The notes below the pieces were generated by a model. It was not told the origin of the DNA, made no database searches, and was given only the letters and a program-made list of their open reading frames with translations. This document shows positions 7,779 to 18,076 of a stretch of 64,000 nt of DNA, one piece after another (within the stretch, counting starts at the first letter, position 1; each line of letters begins with the position of its first letter). The stretch lies in assembly GCA_944324805.1 (NCBI GenBank), contig CALUXS010000005.1, positions 25,157 through 89,156 on the forward strand. The letters are read 5' to 3'. This DNA is from an uncultured Acholeplasmatales bacterium (GTDB lineage: Bacteria > Bacillota_I > Bacilli_A > Acholeplasmatales > Anaeroplasmataceae). A program made the translations under genes and the position numbers.

Positions 7779-10467
7779 GTTTTTTTACGATTTCACGACA
7801 ACGAGGACATAATTCATCTTCATCAATCTCATCTACAACCATCCAGCAACGACTGCAAATATGACCTTTTGCCTCCTCAACCTTAAATTCCAATTTTTCT
7901 GATGGTACTATCTCTAATTTTGAAACAATCAAAATTTGGGCTAAATCAGAATCAAGGCGCTTAAATAAATCAAGATATTTTTGTGGAGCCATAATTGTTA
8001 ACTTGGCACTAAAACTTTTACCGATTACTTTATTAGCACGTGCTTCTTCTAATGCTTTTAATACATCTTGACGAAGTAACATAAAATTATCAAAATCTGC
8101 TTCTAATTCTGCATTATAAACTAAATTAGCTTCAGGCATATCCTCTAAATAAACATCTTCTAATTTCTCTCCTGGTAAATTTTTGTATGCTTCAGTAGCA
8201 GTATGAGGAATAATTGGAGAAAGCAATTTGATCAAGCTTGATTCAATTTGATAGAAAACAGTTTGACAAGATAATCTACGTTTACTATTTGGATCTAAAA
8301 TATATAATACATCTTTTGTAAAATCTAAATAAAATGAACTTAATGTATTGTTAATATAACTATTTACTAAACGATATACATCTCCGAATCTAAATGTATC
8401 ATAAGCATCTTTTACATCCTTAATGAAACTATTCAATTTAATTAACATATATTTATCAACATTTTCTAATTCTTCGAAGCTTAGAGATTTTTTAGGATCA
8501 AAATCACTAGTATTAGCAAGCATAAAACGAATTGTATTACGTATTTTACGATAAGATTCACTAACTTGCTTTAATAATTCTTGACTAATTGGCATGTCAC
8601 TTTGGTAATCGATTGAAGCTACCCATAAACGTAAAATATCTGCACCATTTTCCTTACATACTTTATTTGGATCTATGACATTACCTAATGATTTTGACAT
8701 TTTTCTTCCTTCACCATCTAATGTAAATCCATGTGTTACAACTGTCTTATAAGGAGCTTTTCCAAACATTGATACTCCTGTGATTAGTGATGAATTAAAC
8801 CAACCACGATATTGATCCGCACCCTCTAAATATAAGTCAGCTGGATACTTTAGTCCTCTTCTTTGTAATAGCATATAACTTGAACCACTATCAAACCATA
8901 CATCCATAATATCCTTTTCTTTTGTGAAAATGCCATTTGGAGAATGTTCATTTGTATATCCTTCTGGTAGTAAATCCTTAGCTTCTCTTTCAAACCATAC
9001 ATTTGAGCCAAATTCACCAAATAAATCTGAAATATGACTTAATACCTCTTGGTCTAATACTGGTGTTCCATCTTCGCAATAAAAAATTGGAATTGGCACT
9101 CCCCAAGCTCTTTGACGGCTGATACACCAATCATGACGTTCCTTAATCATATTAGTCATTCTAATGTCTCCCCATTTTGGGTACCATGTAACATTTTTAA
9201 TATTTTCTAAAAGCTCAGGTTTAATTTTATCTATTGAAGCAAACCATTGTGGAGTAGCTCTAAAAATAACAGGTTTTTTTGTACGCCAATCATGTGGATA
9301 GCTATGAGTAATTTTTATTACCTTCAATAAGGCATTACATGCATCCATATCAGCAATTACAGCTTCATTACAATCTTGATAGAACATTCCCTCGTATTTT
9401 CCAGCTTCTTTTGTCATATATCCTTTTGAATCAACAGGACATAGTATATCTAATCCATATTGTTTACCTACTAAATAGTCATCCTCACCATGACCAGGAG
9501 CAATATGTACTAAACCAGAACCATCTGTTGTAGATACATAATCTCCTAAAATACATGGTGAAACTCTATCATACAAAGGATGTTTGTAGTGTAATCCTTC
9601 AAGATCAGAACCTTTGAATTGTTTTAAAATTTCAACATTTCCCAATTCTAACAAGTCTTTCAAAGTATTCAAAAGATCTAAACCAAAAATTAGTTTTCCC
9701 TTTTCTGTGTTTGCTAAAACATAATCGATATTAGGTCCAGCACAAACTGCTAAGTTAGCAGGAAGAGTCCAAGGAGTAGTAGTCCATACTAAAAATGATG
9801 CACCTAAATATTCTTCTTCAACAATTGGAAGTTTAAAATATATAGATGAATCTTGCTTATCATGATACTCTATTTCAGCCTCAGCTAATGCTGATTCACT
9901 AGATGGTGACCAATAAACAGGCTTTAAACCTTTATATATTAGACCTTTTTCAACCATCTTTGCAAATACTTTTACTTGATCACGTTCAAAATCACGTTGT
10001 AATGTGATATATGGATTGTCAAAATCACCAAGCACACCTAATCTTTTGAAACCTTCTTTTTGTTTTAAAACTTGCTCATAAGCAAATTTCTCACATAATT
10101 TTCTAAATTCGATTGTAGAAATTTCTTTTCTATTAATACCCTTCTTTGTAACTGCAAGTTCTGTTGGTAAACCATGTGTATCCCAACCAGGTATATATAA
10201 TGAATAAAAGCCATTCATATTCTTATAACGAACTACAAAGTCCTTTAATATTTTATTTAATGCATGGCCTAAATGAATTGCTCCGTTAGCATATGGTGGA
10301 CCATCATGCAATGTATATTCTCTTTTAGTTTTATTTTTTTCTAATACTTTTTGATATAATTTAATATCTTCCCAATTTTGTTCAATCAATGGTTCTTTTT
10401 GGCCTAAATTACCACGCATTTCAAAACTGGTTTTACCCATAAATAATGTGTCTTTGTAATCTTTCAT
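7765..10467 (-). CDS. ileS: Isoleucine--tRNA ligase
   Basis: HLGH (class I HIGH), KMSKS, editing domain and C-terminal CxxC...CxxC zinc knuckle. Ile-specific T-box lies upstream. Confidence 0.97.
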   Translation of the reverse strand: MKDYKDTLFMGKTSFEMRGNLGQKEPLIEQNWEDIKLYQKVLEKNKTKREYTLHDGPPYANGAIHLGHALNKILKDFVVRYKNMNGFYSLYIPGWDTHGLPTELAVTKKGINRKEISTIEFRKLCEKFAYEQVLKQKEGFKRLGVLGDFDNPYITLQRDFERDQVKVFAKMVEKGLIYKGLKPVYWSPSSESALAEAEIEYHDKQDSSIYFKLPIVEEEYLGASFLVWTTTPWTLPANLAVCAGPNIDYVLANTEKGKLIFGLDLLNTLKDLLELGNVEILKQFKGSDLEGLHYKHPLYDRVSPCILGDYVSTTDGSGLVHIAPGHGEDDYLVGKQYGLDILCPVDSKGYMTKEAGKYEGMFYQDCNEAVIADMDACNALLKVIKITHSYPHDWRTKKPVIFRATPQWFASIDKIKPELLENIKNVTWYPKWGDIRMTNMIKERHDWCISRQRAWGVPIPIFYCEDGTPVLDQEVLSHISDLFGEFGSNVWFEREAKDLLPEGYTNEHSPNGIFTKEKDIMDVWFDSGSSYMLLQRRGLKYPADLYLEGADQYRGWFNSSLITGVSMFGKAPYKTVVTHGFTLDGEGRKMSKSLGNVIDPNKVCKENGADILRLWVASIDYQSDMPISQELLKQVSESYRKIRNTIRFMLANTSDFDPKKSLSFEELENVDKYMLIKLNSFIKDVKDAYDTFRFGDVYRLVNSYINNTLSSFYLDFTKDVLYILDPNSKRRLSCQTVFYQIESSLIKLLSPIIPHTATEAYKNLPGEKLEDVYLEDMPEANLVYNAELEADFDNFMLLRQDVLKALEEARANKVIGKSFSAKLTIMAPQKYLDLFKRLDSDLAQILIVSKLEIVPSEKLEFKVEEAKGHICSRCWMVVDEIDEDELCPRCREIVKKLGNE

Positions 10468-10478
10468 AATATTCCTCC

Positions 10479-10692
10479 AAAAAAAAATCGCCCTTAAAAA
10501 GGGCGAATGACAATCCGTGGTACCACCTTATTTCTAGCATAGCTAGCACTCAACACCGTAACGTGGCAAAACGGAAATTCTTTGCAAATTTCTTCTTCAA
10601 CAGTGATTTAAAAATAGTGTTCATCCTACCTTTCACCAACGTAGGTCGCTTTTCAATAAACCATCTATTTTACGTCTGTTATCATCAAAATT
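10479..10692 (-). promoter_or_regulatory. T-box riboswitch leader, Ile specifier AUC
   Basis: Read on the minus strand. Stem I has a GA/K-turn (UGAUGA...GAAGA). The specifier loop ..AAAUCA abuts helix AACAG/CUGUU, with AUC at 10605-10607. AGCGA bulge and distal loop UUGGUGAAAG are present. T-box sequence is AAGGUGGUACCACGG (10515-10530). Terminator is tcgccctt-aaaa-agggcga (10488-10506) plus a U9 run. Confidence 0.9.
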
Positions 10693-10698
10693 CACCAT

Positions 10699-10727
10699 AT
10701 TATAGCAAATTTTTTTATTATTATCAA
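10699..10727 (-). promoter_or_regulatory. Promoter of the ileS leader (TTGATA-17-TGcTATAAT)
   Basis: -35 TTGATA at 10722-10727 and -10 TATAAT at 10699-10704 with a TG extension. Sits directly after the sepF stop. Confidence 0.7.
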
Positions 10728-10729
10728 TA

Positions 10730-11041
10730 TTATAGTTGATTTAAAAACTCTTGTAATGAACCATCTTCAAAATCTTCATTACGTGCAAATAAATACGTTG
10801 CTTCATTTATCTTAACTGTTCTTCCATCAAGCGCATAAGCTGCACCAGTGAAAAATGCCAACAGTTTATTAGCAGACATTAAATCTAACTTTTCAAAATT
10901 AATAACTAATGGTGTACCATTTCGCAATTTATCAACTAAATCAGCTGCATACTCATCATCATCACTGATTTGTTCCATAATTATTTGGTCACTCTTTTTT
11001 ACATCAGAATTTGAATCCTTTTTTCGACTAAATAATCCCAT
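10730..11041 (-). CDS. sepF: Cell division protein SepF (short, 103 aa)
   Basis: SepF/DUF552 core pattern: ..DDEYAADLVDKLRNGTPLVINFEKLDLMSANKLLAFFTGAAYALDGRTVKINEATYLFA. N-terminal MGLFSRKK is a candidate amphipathic membrane anchor. Position upstream of ileS matches the Bacillus dcw-cluster end. Confidence 0.75.
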   Translation of the reverse strand: MGLFSRKKDSNSDVKKSDQIIMEQISDDDEYAADLVDKLRNGTPLVINFEKLDLMSANKLLAFFTGAAYALDGRTVKINEATYLFARNEDFEDGSLQEFLNQL

Positions 11042-11045
11042 TTAA

Positions 11046-14000
11046 TTATTCACCTCTTGTTTTCAAAACTGGTAAAACTTGTGCCTTAGAACCTTGACGG
11101 GCCATAATTAAAATAGTATCGGCATAGTCTTGTAGTAAACTCATACGTTGAGGAGGACATGCAATTAATGTTTGTAAAGGCATTGAGGTAATGAAATCCA
11201 TCATTGCTCTCATTCTATTACTATCCATCTTATCGAAAACCTCATCGAACATAATTATACCTATTGGATCTCCACCAAAGGCACTAGTCTTAGTATAAAT
11301 TCTAACAAATGATGCTATCATAGCAACATAGAATGGAACTTGTGTTTCACCACCGGATTTTTCCTTAAAGACCTTAGAATATGACATAGTTTCTCCATCC
11401 TTATTAGTGATTTTTATATCATAATCCATATATGTTCTATAATCTGTAAATTTATTAATAGCACCATGAGAATTTATTTCATCAACTGATAAGCTATCAA
11501 ATAATTCTTTAATTTGATTTTCATATTTTGCTTCAAAATTTGATGTAAATAAACCTGATGCATTTTCACTTAAATCACTAGTTACCATTTCATAGAAAGC
11601 ACCATATTCACTACTCTTAGGGAAAACAAATTCATATGTATCATTACCAAAATGAATATTAGCAAGAGTATCATTAATTTTGCCAATTTCAACCTCAGCT
11701 TGTTCGATATTTGCTCTTAATTTAGCAATGAAATCTTCTTTAAATATTAATTCTGCTTCCTCACGAGCTGTCCTTACCTTTTGCTCATACTTAACTAGTT
11801 CTGTTTTTTCTAATTTATTTAACTCATTGAAGTAAGAAGGCATCTCATTATATCCAATTGAGAAACTAGAGTCATAATCATTTATGTATTTGAATTGCTT
11901 ATCAACTAATGCTTTTGATAAAGAATCAAATGAACTATCTTCTTTCTCATATCTATTTTTATATTCATTATAAGCTTCATTGAATGTTTTTTCCTCTGTA
12001 AGCTCATTAAATTCTCTAATTGCTCTTTCTTTTAATTCAATATTATCTTGCTCTGCAGATTCTAAATTTTTTTGTTCATTTAAAAGCTTATTCTTTTCTT
12101 CATTAATTCGATTATTAATGTTATCAATATTTTGTTCAATACGTCCTATATCTAAAACAACACTATTTTTTCTTTGCTCAGAATTTTTAATTGTATTAAG
12201 AACAAATTCATAGTCTTGTTCTAACTCTTTTACTGATAAAGTGTTTAAATGTTCTTTTTGTAAATATAAACCCTTTACAGTATCTTTTTCATGTTCTAGA
12301 CGTAACGCACCATCAATTCCAATTAATATATTTTGGAAGTCAAGAGAGTCAAAAGACCTTAATTCGTCTTCGATAGTTTGAATATTTTCATTAACGACTA
12401 AATATTGTTTCTTAGCCTCAAGAGCTCTAGATTCCCATAATTTTTGTTGAGATTGATAAGCATTTTTACCACAGAAAGGCTTTTCAATATTTGGATTCAT
12501 TGATCTAACAGTATAACCACTATATAGTAAATAATCATTAGTAATGGATGTATTGTATTTTTCTAATTCCAATTCATTATCACACATAATTACATTTCCG
12601 CAAGTCATATTAATATATGCTCTTGCATCTGCATTCTCACTATCCATAATACTTGCCAAACTATGTGGTTCATATGTCTTATATTTTGCAATTTGTTTTG
12701 TATTAACTAAACCTATTCCATAAAGGCTATAACGATTTTTTATTCTTGCAAATATTTGTAATGCTTGATCGAAATATCGTGGCTCAACAATCATATTAAA
12801 TCTTCTATTGCCTAAGAAAACCTCAATTGTATCAGCCCAATTAGGGTCTTTTATCTCAACAAGCTCTGCAAAAATGAAAACAGGAATATCATAGTTGTAT
12901 ATACGTTTTAAACCTTCTGTTATCTCATTACGCATATTTACAAGTCTAACATCAAAGTTAACTTTATTTTGACTTAATCCCTTTAATGCTGTAGATATTT
13001 CGTTAACATTTTTCAATATTTCTGTTTTTTGTAATTGTAAAGCACCTAAATCTTGATTTGCTTTTTGCTTATATTGCTCTACTAAAGTTCTTGCTTCTGT
13101 TAATTTTAGTCTAGTAAACTCAACTTCGTTTTGATTTAAATTAACAAGACTCATATTAGCTAAATCATTAAATATTTTACGGTCTTTTTTCTTTCTCAAA
13201 TTATTGATAATCTCTTTGAATATTGTAACTTGCTTAAGAAATTTAGAATTATCTTCCTCTAATTCTCTTATATTACGTTCTCTTTCATTAATCTCACGTG
13301 TTAGATTTTCGTTATTTTTAAAAGATTCATCATTACTTAAAGCGTTATATAATTCTTTACTTCTTTGATTTAATCCTGCTAACTCTCTTTCAATTGAACG
13401 TAAGTCTGACTCTTTATTAGCCTTTCTAAGCTCCTCTTTTTCAATATCCTTTTTTAAATCTTCAATCAAAAATTTGATTTTTTCAACACTAAATAAGTTA
13501 CCTAAATATTCAGCATATGTTTTATTTTCAACAATTTTTTCCAATTCTTGATAAATACTTGCCATTTCTTTCAAATCATTAATCTTTGTTTTAATCAATT
13601 TTAATGTTGTTTCTAATTCTTTGTAAGAACGAATAGTATCTTTTATTGCTGAAACATCTATTTCTTTTTCTTCAAGTACATTTTGATAAATAAATTCTTT
13701 AACATCAGAAATTGGCTTAAATGCTAGGGCTTTAGGAATTAGTTTAAAGAAATCCTCATTAATTGAACCAAATGCATTTCTAAAACCACGTTTAGCATCC
13801 TTTTTAGTTAAGAAAAATTCGAAATCAGGATGATTCTTTCTAAATATTACTGTACTATAAATCATTCCATCTTGTGAAACAAACCAAGAATCATCTATAG
13901 GTAAATCAACTTTATAGAATAAAGTTTTTACTGGCATTAATTCACCAAAAGCGTCAATTACAACACCAACAGTAAAATCTTTATTTAATTTCTCATCATG

Positions 14001-14285
14001 AAATTGAAGAGCTATATGTCCTGTTACATCGCCATCACGTAAATACTCTTTATCATCTAAGCCTAACTTACATTTTACATAGCCACGTAAATCACGCTTA
14101 CTTTTTTCATTTGCTGCCATATTGAAATTAGTTTCTCCAGCTGTTATTACATACATAATAGCATCCATTATTGTAGATTTACCAGAAGCGTTAGGTCCTG
14201 TTAGTAAGACATGATTATTAACTTCAATTGTTTCATTTGTTAAGTAATGCCAGTTTATTAAACGAATTTTAGTTAGCTTTTTCAT
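11046..14285 (-). CDS. SMC-like ATPase of JetC/MksB type
   Basis: N-terminal IRLINWHY..LLTGPNASGKSTIMDAI (Walker A). C-terminal SGGETQVPFYVAMIASF (signature) and IIMFDEVFDKMD (Walker B). About 800 aa of E/K/L-rich coiled-coil-like sequence lies between them, with a central non-coil segment as a putative hinge. Preferred start is ATG 14283-14285 (MKKLTK) behind GGAGGTGA. Confidence 0.75.
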   Translation of the reverse strand: MKKLTKIRLINWHYLTNETIEVNNHVLLTGPNASGKSTIMDAIMYVITAGETNFNMAANEKSKRDLRGYVKCKLGLDDKEYLRDGDVTGHIALQFHDEKLNKDFTVGVVIDAFGELMPVKTLFYKVDLPIDDSWFVSQDGMIYSTVIFRKNHPDFEFFLTKKDAKRGFRNAFGSINEDFFKLIPKALAFKPISDVKEFIYQNVLEEKEIDVSAIKDTIRSYKELETTLKLIKTKINDLKEMASIYQELEKIVENKTYAEYLGNLFSVEKIKFLIEDLKKDIEKEELRKANKESDLRSIERELAGLNQRSKELYNALSNDESFKNNENLTREINERERNIRELEEDNSKFLKQVTIFKEIINNLRKKKDRKIFNDLANMSLVNLNQNEVEFTRLKLTEARTLVEQYKQKANQDLGALQLQKTEILKNVNEISTALKGLSQNKVNFDVRLVNMRNEITEGLKRIYNYDIPVFIFAELVEIKDPNWADTIEVFLGNRRFNMIVEPRYFDQALQIFARIKNRYSLYGIGLVNTKQIAKYKTYEPHSLASIMDSENADARAYINMTCGNVIMCDNELELEKYNTSITNDYLLYSGYTVRSMNPNIEKPFCGKNAYQSQQKLWESRALEAKKQYLVVNENIQTIEDELRSFDSLDFQNILIGIDGALRLEHEKDTVKGLYLQKEHLNTLSVKELEQDYEFVLNTIKNSEQRKNSVVLDIGRIEQNIDNINNRINEEKNKLLNEQKNLESAEQDNIELKERAIREFNELTEEKTFNEAYNEYKNRYEKEDSSFDSLSKALVDKQFKYINDYDSSFSIGYNEMPSYFNELNKLEKTELVKYEQKVRTAREEAELIFKEDFIAKLRANIEQAEVEIGKINDTLANIHFGNDTYEFVFPKSSEYGAFYEMVTSDLSENASGLFTSNFEAKYENQIKELFDSLSVDEINSHGAINKFTDYRTYMDYDIKITNKDGETMSYSKVFKEKSGGETQVPFYVAMIASFVRIYTKTSAFGGDPIGIIMFDEVFDKMDSNRMRAMMDFITSMPLQTLIACPPQRMSLLQDYADTILIMARQGSKAQVLPVLKTRGE

Positions 14286-14874
14286 TGTCTTCACCTCCAT
14301 CACTAATTCTCAATATAGTTTGATATATTGTATTAATATCCTCGCTTGGAATAGCCATTAATATTGTAGGTAATATAACTATTCTACAAGCAGATGTAGT
14401 CAAATCACCAGTTGCTTCTATTAAGTTATATCTTCTAAATAATCTAAGCGCTGATACTAAATCAGTCTTATTCAACTTTCTTTTAATTTCAAGATAATCA
14501 TATTTTTCATGTATGTCAGACACTTGACAAACTATATTATCATTAAGTGAAGCTTCTTTTAACTTCTCATGATAAAGAAGTCTTAAAATTAATAATATAA
14601 CCGATTCATCACGTTTAAGGTGCAATGTAGCAGCTTCCTTTGAACCCGATAACATAACGGCACCTTTTTGTTGGTCTAAATTTATTTCTAAACCAAGAAT
14701 CTTAAAAAACTCATCAAATATATCCTTGTAACTCATTAAGAAATAATAGGCCTCTTTGTTATCCTTCTTATCTTTAGCAAGAAAATTATAACTTAAAAGT
14801 CTATTTGCTACATCACGAAACAAATTTTGCTGAGTTGTAGTCATTTTTTCTAAATTTTCAAGCATATTATTCAT
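14269..14874 (-). CDS. JetB/MksE-like (KITE, DUF4194-like) subunit candidate
   Basis: 201 aa, the typical size. Has the pattern ..LL...FL......Y..L......F...F..LGLEI..D...G...L......[15 protein letters not shown] common to DUF4194/MksE proteins. Overlaps both neighbours. Confidence 0.6.
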   Translation of the reverse strand: MNNMLENLEKMTTTQQNLFRDVANRLLSYNFLAKDKKDNKEAYYFLMSYKDIFDEFFKILGLEINLDQQKGAVMLSGSKEAATLHLKRDESVILLILRLLYHEKLKEASLNDNIVCQVSDIHEKYDYLEIKRKLNKTDLVSALRLFRRYNLIEATGDLTTSACRIVILPTILMAIPSEDINTIYQTILRISDGGEDNEKAN

Positions 14875-16279
14875 CTCTCTTTCTTATAATAAAATCACGC
14901 ATTTTCAAATGATTATTATAAATACGTCCATTTGTGATTAGAACCTCAAAATTATCTTCATTTTCTAGCGCATATAATATTGCATATATAGCAAGCATAG
15001 AGAGAGATAATTCAGTATCCTTCTTTATTACATCGCTTCCATATAACTTTCCATCAATCATAAAGTCATGCAAAAAGATTTTTATATCACTCTCTTTGTA
15101 TGGAGCACTATATGCAGCAATAAAGTCTGCTTCTATATCAAAGCCATCTAATCTAGAATCATCTAAAAGCATATTAAAATTCCTTTTATATGCTCCACGT
15201 GGAACATACAGTGAATTTTCATCAATACGCTTATTTTCCGTTAACTTAATTCCGCCATTTACTAATTTAAGAGCCTTTTCAATGTGATCTTTTTTATGTT
15301 CATCTCTTATATGCTTCAAAATTCTATTTAATTTGCCGATAATATTATCGTCTTCTGATAATAAAAATTTAATTTTTGAAATAGTTGAATTAATATAATT
15401 ACGATTTTTCTCATCAATTTCCGTAATAAAATCATCAAGAGCATTAAATACATCAATAATTTCATCAATATCACGATTTGCTCTATTAATTGCGTCATCA
15501 TGATTCAATTTAGGATAATTTAGTGTTAAAACTCCCATAATATCTGGATTATTTTGATACTCTTCAAGTTTAGTAACAATTCTCAGCCTATATCTATTGA
15601 TATTATCTGACATTTTTAATTTTGCATATCCATTTTCTACAAAATCTTGACGATAATTAACTAGGTTTTCCATTAATTCTTTTACATCTGTATTTGAAAA
15701 TACTGAACTAATATAATCTTTTAATCTAGAATCTAGGCGTCTTATTGAACGTAATAAAAGTTTTGTATTACGATAGACTTCTTGCATTATTACGCTATAT
15801 TCAATATTATCCTCATTAGTTAATAAAGAGTATATTGTATATATATATCCTTGATATTCAGCCTTGTTATATTCATAAGTATTATCATCGTCACTATTAT
15901 ATAACATCGGTGCAATTTGCATCATAGCCTCACAAAGAGTAATACCAGCATCACTAAAATTTAAAATTTCTTCATAATCATTAGTAACGTCAATATATAT
16001 CCAACCACACTCTTCCATCTTTCTTAATACATAATTTGCTAATTCACGACTAGAATTTGGATTAGCCTCTTCATCATCCTCATCTTCTTGAGTATAATTA
16101 TAATTATTTGTATCAAGATAATGAACAAGTTCATCAACAACAATTTTCTTTTCTATTCCTAAAATAGAACCAGATTCATACACCTTAAAAGCTTCAATTA
16201 TTAAGGATGAATAAATACGTTTGTTCTTTGACGTCAAAATAGAAAAGAAGTTTTCTGGAACAAATTGAAATAAATCCAT
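14867..16279 (-). CDS. JetA/MksF-like (kleisin) subunit candidate
   Basis: 470 aa and first gene of the operon, in the kleisin position of jetABC/mksFEB. Has an acidic central patch QEDEDDEEAN. The call rests mainly on size, order and 8-nt overlap coupling, not on a recognised motif. Confidence 0.45.
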   Translation of the reverse strand: MDLFQFVPENFFSILTSKNKRIYSSLIIEAFKVYESGSILGIEKKIVVDELVHYLDTNNYNYTQEDEDDEEANPNSSRELANYVLRKMEECGWIYIDVTNDYEEILNFSDAGITLCEAMMQIAPMLYNSDDDNTYEYNKAEYQGYIYTIYSLLTNEDNIEYSVIMQEVYRNTKLLLRSIRRLDSRLKDYISSVFSNTDVKELMENLVNYRQDFVENGYAKLKMSDNINRYRLRIVTKLEEYQNNPDIMGVLTLNYPKLNHDDAINRANRDIDEIIDVFNALDDFITEIDEKNRNYINSTISKIKFLLSEDDNIIGKLNRILKHIRDEHKKDHIEKALKLVNGGIKLTENKRIDENSLYVPRGAYKRNFNMLLDDSRLDGFDIEADFIAAYSAPYKESDIKIFLHDFMIDGKLYGSDVIKKDTELSLSMLAIYAILYALENEDNFEVLITNGRIYNNHLKMRDFIIRKRDE

Positions 16280-16305
16280 TTTTTATCACCACTCACTTAA
16301 TATAG

Positions 16306-16335
16306 ATTATAGCATATATTCACGCTATGAGACAA
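16306..16335 (-). promoter_or_regulatory. Promoter of the SMC-like operon (TTGTCT-18-TGcTATAAT)
   Basis: -35 at 16330-16335 and extended -10 at 16306-16311. RBS GGTGA precedes the ATG at 16279. Confidence 0.55.
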
Positions 16336-16341
16336 CAATTT

Positions 16342-18075
16342 TTAATTATTTATATTTGCATACTGAGCCTCATAAATAGTCTTATAAAAACCATTTTTTT
16401 CTAACAATTCAGCATGCTTACCTACCTCAACTATATTACCATCTTTTAAAACTAAAATCAAATCTGCGTTTTTTATAGTAGATAATCTATGTGCAATAAT
16501 AAAAGCTGTCTTATTTTCCATAAGCTTTAAAAATGCCTTTTGAACTAATTGTTCAGTTCTTGTATCAATATTCGATGTAGCCTCATCTAATATTAGTATC
16601 TTAGGTCTTCTTAACATTAATCTACTAATACATAGTAATTGTTTTTCCCCAATCGAAAGTCCAGAATCATCACTTACAATAGTATCATATCCACAAGGCA
16701 TTCTAGTAATAAATTCATCAGCATATGCTAGCTTAGCAGCTTTTTCTATTTCATTAAATGATGCATTTGAACCATAATTGATATTATCTTTTATTGAAGC
16801 TTTATAAAGCCATGTGTCTTGTAAAACCATACCAATATTATTTCTCAATGAAGAACGCTTAAATTTACTTATATCATTACCATCTATTAATATTTTACCT
16901 TCGTTTAAATTATAAAACCTCATCAATAAATTAATAATTGTAGTTTTACCTGCTCCTGTAGGACCAACAATCGCAACCTTTGTTCCATGTTTAACATCAA
17001 GCGAAAAATTATTTATTAGTGGTTTATCTTTAACATAACTAAACGAAACATTTTGAAAACTTACATTACCTTCAACTTCAGGTAAATCTAACAAATTATC
17101 ATCATTTAAAATCTCTAAATCAATTATTTCAAATATTCTTCTCGCACTAGCAAAGCTATTTTGTAATTCAGAAGCAACACTACTTATGTCATTAAAAGGT
17201 TTAGTATAGGATGATGCATAATTTAGAAAAACTGTCAAATCTCCAACTGTTATTAATCCACCAACAGCTCTTATAGCACCAAATACACCAACTGCAGCAT
17301 ATACTAATGAGTTAACAAATCTAGTACTAGGGTTAACAAGTGAAGAATAGAATTGAGCTTTTACTCCAACCTTATATAGTCTATCATTAATTTCCTTAGT
17401 TTTTCTAGATGCTTTATCTTTATAATCATATGCAATTACTACTTTTCCCATATCAAACATCTCATTAATATGTCCACTTAATTCACCTTTTATTTTAGCT
17501 TGGGCTTGAATTGTTTTGTATGATGCCCTAGCAATTAATGATGCTGTTAGTAATGAAATAGGAGTAAGACATATTACTATTAATGCTACTTGATAGGAAA
17601 CAACTAGCATAAATACTAATGTAGTTATTATCGTAATAATACCACTAATCAACTGATTAAGTGCCTGTAGTAATCCATCACCTAGTTGATCAACATCACC
17701 AATAAGCCTCATTACTAAATCTCCTTGCGATGAAGAATCAAGATATGATATAGGCATAAATAGCAATTTAATAAAAGCCTTTTCTCTTAACTCCTTAAGT
17801 AATGAATTAGTTATTACATTCATTAAATATTGCATTAAAAAACCAAATAGACCATTTATAAATATTACAACTATTAGAACAAATATTATCTTGAATAAAA
17901 AAGAAAAATTTACATTATTGATTCCTTGTATTTGATCAACTGCCTTACCTATAATAATAGGTAAAACCAAAGATGCTGAGACCTGAATAATTGTTGCTAA
18001 AAGTGCAAAAATAAATAAAAACTTTTGCTTTGCTATAAGCTTTACTATTCTACGCTTTACCTTCATAGATTTCAT
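16342..18075 (-). CDS. ABC exporter, fused permease/ATPase (heterodimer partner B)
   Basis: Six-TM N-terminal domain. Walker A GPTGAGKTT, signature LSIGEKQ and Walker B ILILDEATS. Confidence 0.9.
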   Translation of the reverse strand: MKSMKVKRRIVKLIAKQKFLFIFALLATIIQVSASLVLPIIIGKAVDQIQGINNVNFSFLFKIIFVLIVVIFINGLFGFLMQYLMNVITNSLLKELREKAFIKLLFMPISYLDSSSQGDLVMRLIGDVDQLGDGLLQALNQLISGIITIITTLVFMLVVSYQVALIVICLTPISLLTASLIARASYKTIQAQAKIKGELSGHINEMFDMGKVVIAYDYKDKASRKTKEINDRLYKVGVKAQFYSSLVNPSTRFVNSLVYAAVGVFGAIRAVGGLITVGDLTVFLNYASSYTKPFNDISSVASELQNSFASARRIFEIIDLEILNDDNLLDLPEVEGNVSFQNVSFSYVKDKPLINNFSLDVKHGTKVAIVGPTGAGKTTIINLLMRFYNLNEGKILIDGNDISKFKRSSLRNNIGMVLQDTWLYKASIKDNINYGSNASFNEIEKAAKLAYADEFITRMPCGYDTIVSDDSGLSIGEKQLLCISRLMLRRPKILILDEATSNIDTRTEQLVQKAFLKLMENKTAFIIAHRLSTIKNADLILVLKDGNIVEVGKHAELLEKNGFYKTIYEAQYANINN

Positions 18076-18076
18076 A

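Noticed and set aside
10730-11041. The 103-aa gene coupled to the SMC-like ATPase as a possible fourth, JetD-replacing subunit of the system.
   Set aside because: Its sequence fits SepF (NF..L....A..L..F..G..YAL.G). sepF lying upstream of ileS is conserved Firmicute synteny, so adjacency is more simply explained by the operon sitting next to sepF. The coupling is still noted in the main finding.
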